Positions 1 to 7,824 of a stretch of 64,000 nt of DNA are shown here, piece by piece (the first letter of the stretch is position 1; every line of letters begins with the position of its first letter). The stretch is taken from the NCBI GenBank assembly GCA_947501605.1, contig CANMWZ010000015.1, forward strand, positions 33,953-97,952. The letters run 5' to 3'. Made by a program: the position numbers and the translations under genes. The notes under the pieces were generated by a model. The model was not told the DNA's origin. It searched no databases and saw only the letters and a program-made list of their open reading frames with translations. This DNA comes from Planctomycetota bacterium. Its GTDB lineage: Bacteria > Planctomycetota > UBA1135 > UBA2386.

Positions 1-251
1 CGCGAGGAGGAGCCGCGCTGCAGCTTGGTCGCGCGCGACAGCGCCAGCGCCATCGCGAGCGAGACGAGCATGGCCGCAGCGAGCCACAGCCATGGGCGCA
101 GAGTCGCACGGTGCGACGCGTCCGGCCCGAGCCGTTCGAGCGGCAGCTCGCAGCCGTCGTGGGCGAGCGGTGACAGCAGATGCTCGAGCGCCACGATCTC
201 GGGATCGGGCGTGCCGGCTCCAAGGAAGAGGTAGTCTTCGTGCTCGTTCAC
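1..251 (-). CDS. Putative anti-sigma factor / FecR-like membrane protein, N-terminal part (truncated by window edge)
   Basis: Not in the ORF track. GTG at 251 overlaps the ECF stop (GTGA). Translation MNEHEDYLFLGAGTPDPEIVALEHLLSPLAH...PWLWLAAAMLVSLAMALAL gives an anti-sigma-like N-terminus followed by a TM helix. Confidence 0.6.
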   Translation of the reverse strand, partial: MNEHEDYLFLGAGTPDPEIVALEHLLSPLAHDGCELPLERLGPDASHRATLRPWLWLAAAMLVSLAMALALSRATKLQRGSSS

Positions 252-814
252 GGTAGACCTGCCTCTGCCAGCAAGGGCCGCAACTGCGCCATGCCGCGCA
301 CCAAGTTGACGCGCACGGACCCATGCGTGAGACCGGTGCGGGCAGCGATCTCGGGACCTGAGAGGCCCTCGACGAGGCGCAGGGTCAGAGTCTCGCGATA
401 GGCCTCGGGGAGCCTTCGGATGCAGGCCAGTGCGCGGGCGGCGGCGGCGCGCACGGCAAACGCGTCACCCGGTGCATGCTCACGGCCGACCGGTTCGTCG
501 AGCGGCATCGGCTGCGGCCGTTGCTGTCGCGCTCTTAGGCGATCGATGGCCGCACGTCGCGCCGTGGTGCAGAGCCAGCCAGCGAAGGCACGAGGATCGC
601 GCACTTCGGTCAATCGTTGGAATGCTTGCACGAACACGTCCTGCACAAGGTCGTCGGCGTCGTCCTCGCCGCACGTCGCGAGCGCGATGCCGTGCACCGT
701 CCGGGCGAACTCGCGGTACAGCACCGCGAACGCCGCGCGGTCGCCCGCTTGTGCGCGCTGCACGAGTTCTGCGGTGCCAGGGCTTCCCGGCGAGTGCGCG
801 GCGACGTTGGGCAC
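248..814 (-). CDS. ECF RNA polymerase sigma-70 factor
   Basis: Region 2 (AQAGDRAAFAVLY...ADDLVQDVFVQAFQRL...FAGWL) and region 4 (LPEAYRETLTLRLVEGLSGPEIA). Confidence 0.93.
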   Translation of the reverse strand: MPNVAAHSPGSPGTAELVQRAQAGDRAAFAVLYREFARTVHGIALATCGEDDADDLVQDVFVQAFQRLTEVRDPRAFAGWLCTTARRAAIDRLRARQQRPQPMPLDEPVGREHAPGDAFAVRAAAARALACIRRLPEAYRETLTLRLVEGLSGPEIAARTGLTHGSVRVNLVRGMAQLRPLLAEAGLP

Positions 815-1194
815 GTGAGTGCGAAGATACTCGTCACAGCGGAGGCAAGGCGAGCAGCAGCTCGGCTGCTCGACGCAGCTTGCAGCGTGAGGGGGATCGA
901 GTCGGAATCGGGCTCATGCCGAACCAGACGGCGGCGATCCCGCCAGTGTTAGCACCGAGTAGACACCGAGTGCCTGACGAAGCGGTGCCGGCAGCGAGCC
1001 CGACCTCGGCGGCCTCGGCGGCCGTGCGGTCAACCTCTGCTGCAGGAGCCCAAGCGCGCGGTGCTTGGCCGCCCTGGTGACGAGGACCCCGCGGCGGCGG
1101 CGCCGGAGAGCCAGCACCCGAGTCAAATCGACTCGAGCACTTCAGCCGCTGGGATTCTTGCGTACTCTCGGCGGGCTCCCGGAGATTCCCCCAC

Positions 1195-1728
1195 GTGTCA
1201 CGCATCGATGAGACCGCGAGCCCCCAGGCTCGAGCCGACACCACCGGCGACGCGGCCTTTGCCTTCGTACATCGGCACCAACGCGGCCTTTGGCGCTTCC
1301 TGCGCGCTTGCGGCTGCCCCGCACATGCCGCCGACGAAGTGGCGCAAGATGCCCTGCTGCTCGCACTCGAGCGGAACGTCGACGATGACGCCGCGCCAGG
1401 CTACTTGCGGCAGGCCGCGAAGTTCTTGTGGCTACGCCGAGTGCGGGACGAGGGTCGCTCGCACGCGCGCTGGCTCGACGCGGCCGAACAGCTGTGGCAG
1501 CAAGACTGCGCCACGGACGCCGGCGACGGGCTCATCGCGGCGCTGCGGACCTGCCTCGACGTGCTACCGCCGCGCTCGCGCCTCGCGCTCCAGCGCGTCT
1601 ACGCCGAAGGCACGAGTCGTGAGACCCTCGCCGCGGAACTTGGCATTGGCGAGCACGGCGCCAGAACTCTGCTGCAGCGCATCCGCGCCGCGCTCCGTGA
1701 TTGCATCGAACGACGGCTCGCACCATGA
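1195..1728 (+). CDS. ECF RNA polymerase sigma-70 factor
   Basis: ADEVAQDALL region 2; ALRTCLDVLPPRSRLALQRVYAEG...LQRIRAALRDCIERRL region 4, typical planctomycete ECF ending. Confidence 0.9.
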   Translation: MSRIDETASPQARADTTGDAAFAFVHRHQRGLWRFLRACGCPAHAADEVAQDALLLALERNVDDDAAPGYLRQAAKFLWLRRVRDEGRSHARWLDAAEQLWQQDCATDAGDGLIAALRTCLDVLPPRSRLALQRVYAEGTSRETLAAELGIGEHGARTLLQRIRAALRDCIERRLAP

Positions 1729-3242
1729 CCGACGACGCAAGGGACACGCGATTGGACTGGGCACTGCGCGAGGCGCTCGGTGCCGAAGCACCGCCGGATC
1801 TCGCCCGCGTGACGGTCGCCAGATTTCGCGCAGGCGATGCCGCTCGCGTGCCGTCGGCAGCAGTGCCACGCCACACGCACTGGCAAGCGGTTGCGGCGCT
1901 GCTGCTCGCTTGCTTGGTGGTCGCGACCTTCGCGCTGTGGCCACGCCCAGCAGAGCCGGCAACGCCGGCGCAAGAACCCGAACCGGTCCAGGTCTACTCA
2001 CGCGCCGACATCGACGCCTTGCCAGCAACCACGCTCGCTGTCAGTGCGGTTGGCCTCGACGACTCTGCCTTGTCGGCGCTGCTGCGACTGCGCGAACTAC
2101 GGTTCCTCGAGATCCGGTACCCCGAAGCGATGGTGCTCGGCCTCGGCCTGAAGACCATGCCGCCGAAGCAACCACCGTGCATCACGGCCACGTGCTTCGA
2201 CACGCTGGCGAAGTTGAGCAAGTTGCGCACGCTCCGGATTCGCGGCGCCCATGCGATCACCGAGGCGTTTCCGTTCGGCGGCAGCGGCGGCGGTCCCGAA
2301 GCCATCGCCAACGCCACGATCGGGCACCTCGAACGATTGCCGCTGCTCGAAGAACTGTGCCTCACTCACTTCGACGTGCCGGCCTACGCGCTCGCCGCGC
2401 TGTCTCGGCTCGCAGCACTTCGGCGCCTGGACCTGTCGGCCAACTACGGTGTCGATGCCGAGGTCGTGGTCGCGCTGTTGCGCTGTACGCGACTCCAGTC
2501 GCTCACCCTCGACGCCTGCATGGCGCTTCCCGGCACCGCGATCGCACGCCTCGCCGAACTACCGCACCTCGAACACCTCGCCGTCGCCAACATCGATGGC
2601 ATGTCGTGGCGAAGCGGCGGTGGCGACTTCTTGGGGCCGACGACCAAGGACTACGAAGCACAAGCGCACAGAGCCTATGACCTCGGCGGTTGCGGCGTCA
2701 CCGATGCAGCGCTGACCGGCCTGTCGCGCGCGAAGTCCTTGCGCACCTTGTTGATGGCCGAGCCGAGTTGCTCGCTGCTTGGCGTGCGAGCACTGCGCGA
2801 CTTCCAATCGCTCGAACGACTCGATCTCTTCGGCTTCGGCTCGAGCACGACGGAAACCGACGTGCTGGCAGACTCCTTGCCGCCGCTGCTCATGCTCTCC
2901 GCATGCGGCGAATTCGACGACTCCTTCTGCAACAAGCTGCGCCGGCGCCAACCGCGCCTCGAACACTTGGAGCTGCCTGCCTGCTACGCGATCACCGACC
3001 AAGGTCTCGCCCAGTTGCTGCGCATCGGCACCCTGCGGCATCTCGACATTCGTCAATCGCGCGGTTTGTCTGCGGCAGCGATGCCACTACTCCTCGCCGC
3101 GACGCAACTCGAGTACCTCGACCTTCGCCACATCGACTGGGTCACCAAAGCGCACGTGCTCGAACTGCAACGCGCTCTGCCACGGCTGCGGACGTTGTTG
3201 GCCAACGTCGAGGGCCACGAAACCGAACCCAGCGGCCGCTGA
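1725..3242 (+). CDS. Single-pass membrane protein with leucine-rich repeats; putative anti-sigma factor
   Basis: ATGA overlap with ECF stop; N-terminal LDWALREALGAEAPPDL, TM helix, then repeated LxxLxxLxL and LPACYAITDQGL-type LRRs. Confidence 0.8.
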   Translation: MTDDARDTRLDWALREALGAEAPPDLARVTVARFRAGDAARVPSAAVPRHTHWQAVAALLLACLVVATFALWPRPAEPATPAQEPEPVQVYSRADIDALPATTLAVSAVGLDDSALSALLRLRELRFLEIRYPEAMVLGLGLKTMPPKQPPCITATCFDTLAKLSKLRTLRIRGAHAITEAFPFGGSGGGPEAIANATIGHLERLPLLEELCLTHFDVPAYALAALSRLAALRRLDLSANYGVDAEVVVALLRCTRLQSLTLDACMALPGTAIARLAELPHLEHLAVANIDGMSWRSGGGDFLGPTTKDYEAQAHRAYDLGGCGVTDAALTGLSRAKSLRTLLMAEPSCSLLGVRALRDFQSLERLDLFGFGSSTTETDVLADSLPPLLMLSACGEFDDSFCNKLRRRQPRLEHLELPACYAITDQGLAQLLRIGTLRHLDIRQSRGLSAAAMPLLLAATQLEYLDLRHIDWVTKAHVLELQRALPRLRTLLANVEGHETEPSGR

Positions 3243-3276
3243 GGCGGTCGCCTGACGATGGCCGTGAGTGGGGACG

Positions 3277-3311
3277 ACGCCGACACGCCGACACGCCGAC
3301 ACGCCGACACG
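3277..3311 (+). repeat. Short tandem repeat (ACGCCGAC)x4 plus ACG
   Basis: Read directly; lies between convergent genes. Confidence 0.85.
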
Positions 3312-3390
3312 GAACCGACAAGAGCCGGACCCTGTAGCACCATGGTCGGCTGCTGCCGCGCGTCGACGAGCGCGAGCAAGGCGCGCACGA

Positions 3391-6060
3391 TCATTTCCAG
3401 CGATCGTCGGCGAAGTACCCCAACAAACTCTGCAAGCGCGCTTCGTCGAGGTTGGGGCCGGCCCGGCGAAGTCGATCGCGAGCTTCGCTGGCAAGCCGCC
3501 GTGCCTCCACGGCATCGCCAGACTGCAAGGCACTCTCCGCCAATCTCATGCGCGCGCTCAGAGCACCGAACAGCGCTTCGGCATCGGCAGGACGCTGATC
3601 GAGCAGTGGATCACAGAACTCCAAGACCGCCCGCAGACACCGCAGCTGCAGCGCTGGATCCCCACGCCGTTCGGCCAGGAACGCCCGCATCAGCCAGAGC
3701 GAGCGCCCATTGATCATCGTGGCAGGTCGCTCGGGCGCGTCCCGCAGCAGTTGGTCCAGCAACTGCTGTTGGCGCGCCAGAAGCTGCTCTGCCGCGGCAA
3801 ACTCGCGGTCTTCGATCGCGAAGTGGGCCATCCGATTGCAACCGTGCGCAAGGTCGTCGAGAGACCTGGGGTCGCAATGGCCGTCGTCGACGAGCCTCTC
3901 GAACAACGCCTGAGCCTTTCGGTAGCTGGCACGAGGCCGCTCTGGATCTCCTTCGTCCTTCTCCAGGTCGCCAAGTCGCACGAGGTCGGTCGCCAAGTCT
4001 CTGACTACCAGAGGATCCTCCGGGCGAGCCTGGGCCAGCCTCTGCCGGAGCAGCAGCGCCTGCTCGCGAAACGGCCGTGCGGCAGAACGCCGATCGGCCT
4101 GCACTTCAAGATTGCCGAGGGCGACCGCGAGATCCGCGCGCAGCGCCAAGTGGTCGGGATCATCCGGCGCGCGCTCGGCAAGGGACGCGAGTTCGGTGCC
4201 GATGCCGAGCAGAAGTTCGCGCCGCAGCGCGAAGGTTCCGATCGACTGCTCCAGCAGAAACACGCGCCGTGTCACCATCGTCAGCACGTCGCGCACCCGT
4301 TGCCGAGAGGCTCGCACCTCGGCATAGGACTGTACCATCACCGCGAGCGACGCGGCGGCGAGGAGTGCGATCAGCACCAGGGTTGCCATCCACGCCCGTC
4401 GTCGCCGAGCGAACAACCGTACGCGGTGCCACACCGTCGCGCTGTGCGCCTCCACGGTTTCGTGCGCCAGCACGCGACGCAGATCCTCGGCGAAGGCACT
4501 TGCCGAGCCGTAACGCTCCTCAGGATCCGTCGCCAACGCCTTGCTGACGACGGCCTCGAGGTCGCCGCGAAAGCGCCCATCGACGTCGCCGAGCGGAACG
4601 GCGATCGCCTCCCGCCGCTGGGCAATCCGTTGCTGGAGTTCGCCATCGAAAGGCGGCATCGGCGGTTGGCCCGTGAGCAACTCGTAGCAGATCGCGCCAG
4701 TCGACCAGACATCGGAGCGAGTGTCGACGCACGCGCTGCCAACCGCCTGCTCCGGACTCATGTAGGCGAGTGTGCCCACGACCGCGCCCTGCAGAGTGCG
4801 CTCCGTATCGACTTCGGACCGCTGCAGCCGCGCCACGCCAAAGTCGAGGATGCAGACGCGCAGTGCGTCGTCGCCTTCGCGGATGACGACGTTTTGCGGC
4901 TTGAGGTCGCGATGGATCACGCCTTGTCGGTGCACGTACTCCACGGCGTCGAGGATCTGCAGCACCACCGCCAAGCACTGTCGCCAATCGGGCTTCGCCG
5001 CCGCGCGCCACTCATGCAACAGCAGACCGCGAACAAGCTCCGTGGCCAAGAACGGCACAGCGGTGCCCCCGACATCGGCGACGCCAGCCTCGAAGATCTG
5101 CAGTACGCCGGGATGCTGCAACCGCGCGAGTGCCTCGGCCTCGATCACGAACCGGCGCATGCTGGCGGTCGAGACACTGCCGGTCTGCAGAAGTTTGAGC
5201 GCTACTTCGCGCCGGGGCTGCTCTTGCTCGGCGCGCAGCACCGTGCCGCTCGAGCCCTCGCCGATCTTGCCGAGCACGCGGTAGGAGCCAATGCGTTCGG
5301 GCAAGATGCAGGCAACGCGTGCTGCCGGTGCGGGGTGCTTTCGGGTCGCCTCAGCAGCCAGGAGCACGGCATCCTGCGCAAGCATCCGCTCGACCTCCGC
5401 CCGCACTGCCGGCCGCGAGCCGCACAGCGCTTCGAGCAGCGCCCCCCGCTGCTCGACCGGCAGCGCGATCGCCTGCTCGAAGATCGTCATCGCGCCGGGT
5501 GCCATGATCAGGTCCTCTCGGGATCTCCCAGCGAACTCCATCGCGCCATCACCCACGCGCGCGCGCGCGCTGCGGAACTCGTCCTGCACCGTGCGTCGCG
5601 AAACGCCGAGCACCGCAGCGACTTCGTCCTCGGTCAGACCGCCGAAGAACCGGAGGTTGAGCACCTCGGCGCGACGCGGACTCAGTTGTTCGAGCTCGAC
5701 GAGCAGCGCGTCCACGTCGAGCAGCATCTCAGGCGGCAGCCCGCGAGCAGAGTCCAGCGTGTCGTCGTGGAGCGGGTCGAACTTGGCGCTGCGCTTTTGG
5801 CGCCCGCGAAATCGCGCGCGGTCGATCAGGATCCGCCGCATCGCGAACGCGACGCCGCGCACGAACTCACGCGAGTCGCCGGCGAGCTTGCGTTCGCGCT
5901 GCAGCCGAAGGAACGCTTCATGCACGAGCACGGTGGCGTGAACGGAACCGTTGCGCGGTTCGCGGGCGAGGATGTCGGCGGCGACGGTGCGAAGGTCGTC
6001 GTAAAGCAGGGACCAGAAGTGTTCCGAGTTTCGCGGCTCCGTCGTCACGGCGAGGAGCAT
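3391..6060 (-). CDS. As assembled: ECF sigma factor (TIGR02999-like) fused in frame to a Ser/Thr protein kinase-TM-TPR protein; probably two ancestral genes (ECF ~5508-6060, kinase 3391-5505)
   Basis: N-terminal LYDDLRTVAA...ATVLVHEAFLRL...LRFFGGLTEDEVA (ECF); kinase motifs GEGSSG, VALK, HRDLKPQN, DFG, GTLAYMSPEQ; TM WMATLVLIALLAAASLAVMV; TPR-like helices. Junction lies at a (GC)7G tract. Confidence 0.85.
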   Translation of the reverse strand: MLLAVTTEPRNSEHFWSLLYDDLRTVAADILAREPRNGSVHATVLVHEAFLRLQRERKLAGDSREFVRGVAFAMRRILIDRARFRGRQKRSAKFDPLHDDTLDSARGLPPEMLLDVDALLVELEQLSPRRAEVLNLRFFGGLTEDEVAAVLGVSRRTVQDEFRSARARVGDGAMEFAGRSREDLIMAPGAMTIFEQAIALPVEQRGALLEALCGSRPAVRAEVERMLAQDAVLLAAEATRKHPAPAARVACILPERIGSYRVLGKIGEGSSGTVLRAEQEQPRREVALKLLQTGSVSTASMRRFVIEAEALARLQHPGVLQIFEAGVADVGGTAVPFLATELVRGLLLHEWRAAAKPDWRQCLAVVLQILDAVEYVHRQGVIHRDLKPQNVVIREGDDALRVCILDFGVARLQRSEVDTERTLQGAVVGTLAYMSPEQAVGSACVDTRSDVWSTGAICYELLTGQPPMPPFDGELQQRIAQRREAIAVPLGDVDGRFRGDLEAVVSKALATDPEERYGSASAFAEDLRRVLAHETVEAHSATVWHRVRLFARRRRAWMATLVLIALLAAASLAVMVQSYAEVRASRQRVRDVLTMVTRRVFLLEQSIGTFALRRELLLGIGTELASLAERAPDDPDHLALRADLAVALGNLEVQADRRSAARPFREQALLLRQRLAQARPEDPLVVRDLATDLVRLGDLEKDEGDPERPRASYRKAQALFERLVDDGHCDPRSLDDLAHGCNRMAHFAIEDREFAAAEQLLARQQQLLDQLLRDAPERPATMINGRSLWLMRAFLAERRGDPALQLRCLRAVLEFCDPLLDQRPADAEALFGALSARMRLAESALQSGDAVEARRLASEARDRLRRAGPNLDEARLQSLLGYFADDRWK
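5556..5570. repeat. (CG)7C dinucleotide microsatellite at the 3' end of the ECF coding region
   Basis: Plus strand cgcgcgcgcgcgcgc (15 nt); removing two units restores an SARAW...stop ECF C-terminus. Confidence 0.9.
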
Positions 6061-6175
6061 AGCGAAGGCGGAGCAGAAGGGCGGCGGATGGTGGCCTCAA
6101 GGCGGCGCCGCGTCCTGATGCAAAGTCGTGTCCCTGGCCAGTTGGGACCGGATCGCCCCCGCGTCGTAGATCCCC

Positions 6176-6850
6176 CTACTTGGTCTTCTGGACTACCTCG
6201 ACCGCGTTGGCATCCCACTCTTCTTTCGCGTTCTCAGCGGTCAATCCGAAAGGCACGCGACTGACCAAGCCCCTGCGGGCTCCAAGAGGAAGCGTCGCCA
6301 GAATTGGGAAGTCCGACTTCTTGAACTCCAAGACGACCAGCTGCTCGATCGAACCCAGCGCCTTCGACTTGGCAACGCCCTCCTTCAGCCTCGTGATGTT
6401 CGGTGAGTTGAGCAACAGAACTTCACCGTCCTTGGTCGCATCGTCCACGAGCAGAAATTCCGCTCGAAGGCCGGACGTCGGTTCCACGAAAGTGTGATCA
6501 GCGCGAGCCTTGTCGTGCTGCACCGTAACAACGATCTCCACGATGGGATCGCCATCGTGGATTCGGATCCGCTTTGGCTTGGGTCCCGGAATCCTGCTCG
6601 TCTGGGCCGGATCCTGCGCGGCAGTTGTGAGATGCGCATCCGTGAGATGCACGGTGAGACACGAGGGCAAGGTAACGGCCACGAGACCGAGCAGGGCCAG
6701 CGCGCATACACGTGCCTGCCTGTGACGTGAGAGCTCTCGAAGTGCGTTCCCAATTGGCCTGCGAGCGCGGCCGAGCCACGCAGGTCGAGGGCAAGGAGCG
6801 AGTTCGCAGCGAGTTCCATAGCTTCCGCGGGGACCGCGCGATGACGCCAT
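6176..6850 (-). CDS. Hypothetical lipoprotein, paralog of 6907-7443 (start uncertain)
   Basis: Hydrophobic stretch plus lipobox-like ALALLGLVAVTLPSC; motif-by-motif similarity to the upstream gene. Confidence 0.65.
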   Translation of the reverse strand: MASSRGPRGSYGTRCELAPCPRPAWLGRARRPIGNALRELSRHRQARVCALALLGLVAVTLPSCLTVHLTDAHLTTAAQDPAQTSRIPGPKPKRIRIHDGDPIVEIVVTVQHDKARADHTFVEPTSGLRAEFLLVDDATKDGEVLLLNSPNITRLKEGVAKSKALGSIEQLVVLEFKKSDFPILATLPLGARRGLVSRVPFGLTAENAKEEWDANAVEVVQKTK

Positions 6851-6906
6851 CGGTCGCTGGGGCCGGCCGCCGCCACCAGCGCTCGCGCCAACCAAGTCTT
6901 CGAAGC

Positions 6907-7443
6907 TCACAGGCAGTCTCCTGGCTTGAAGGCTGCCGGCTTGCGGCCGTTCGCCGCCCACTCCAGCGACCATGAGGCCTCGTCCGATCCGAACGCAGTA
7001 CGGATCACCAGGATGTGGGGCATAGCCGGGTCGAAGGTGAAGTCGACAAAATCGGCCTTGGTGAAGCACAGCGTCGCGGTCGCGGGCTTCACTGCGGTGG
7101 CCTCGGCTAGCGTCGCGTTGAGGATCTCGCAGTGGGCCTCGGTCAGCAGGGCGAACCCGCACTTCTTTGTCTGCTCGTTCATGAGCACGCACTGCGACAC
7201 CCACGGGCTCTTGGAGGTGACGAATTTGTGCCCTTCGCGGAGGGGGTCTTGCAGCAGTCGAACCTCGACCACGACCCGATCGTCCGCTGAGGTGAACCGC
7301 ACCCCAATAGGCTCCGGACCAGGCGGGATACCCAGAGCATCAAAGCCCGGCGAGGAGGCCCGCTGGACGTACACGCTCGTGCACGAGGCCAGCAGAAGCA
7401 GAAATGCCGCCATGCAGAAACGCACGAGATGGATCCGAAGCAT
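6907..7443 (-). CDS. Hypothetical lipoprotein
   Basis: MLRIHLVRFCMAAFLLLLASC lipobox; paralogous to the downstream gene. Confidence 0.7.
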   Translation of the reverse strand: MLRIHLVRFCMAAFLLLLASCTSVYVQRASSPGFDALGIPPGPEPIGVRFTSADDRVVVEVRLLQDPLREGHKFVTSKSPWVSQCVLMNEQTKKCGFALLTEAHCEILNATLAEATAVKPATATLCFTKADFVDFTFDPAMPHILVIRTAFGSDEASWSLEWAANGRKPAAFKPGDCL

Positions 7444-7784
7444 GAGAATCCTGGACGGGTGGTGTTTGGCTAGCGAAGGCGCAGCCGCACATGCGCAGCG
7501 TGGAGTCCGCGCGCATGGGCTCGCGAGAGGATGACGATACCACGACGCGCGCCGCGCCGTCGAAACGCCACGCCGGCGTTCGGTCGATGTAGGTGCGGAC
7601 GAACAGGATCGGGAGATGTGCGCGTCCGCCGGTGCGACCTAGACACTCGGGTTGGCAGAGTTACTACGGGCGGAAGTTCCGTGACGCACTCGCCGACAGC
7701 GATAGCAGAAGACGATGGGCAAACTGTCAGGCCGGATTTTGTGGCAGGCTGCGACGCGCGCGGTTCCCGACGTGCAGACGCGCA

Positions 7785-7812
7785 CCGAGTGCCGAGTGCC
7801 GAGTGCCAAGTG
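7785..7812 (+). repeat. Heptamer tandem repeat (CCGAGTG)x3 plus CCAAGTG
   Basis: Read directly; immediately downstream of the kinase stop codon. Confidence 0.8.
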
Positions 7813-7824
7813 GAAGCCTCGCAT

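Noticed and set aside
3268..6264. 998-aa plus-strand ORF
   Set aside because: Antisense shadow of the ECF/kinase gene; Arg/His-rich with no domain motifs, typical of high-GC codon bias
7700..7760. c-di-GMP-I riboswitch (GGGCAAAC)
   Set aside because: The GNRA-capped stem and GCAAA/receptor elements are missing
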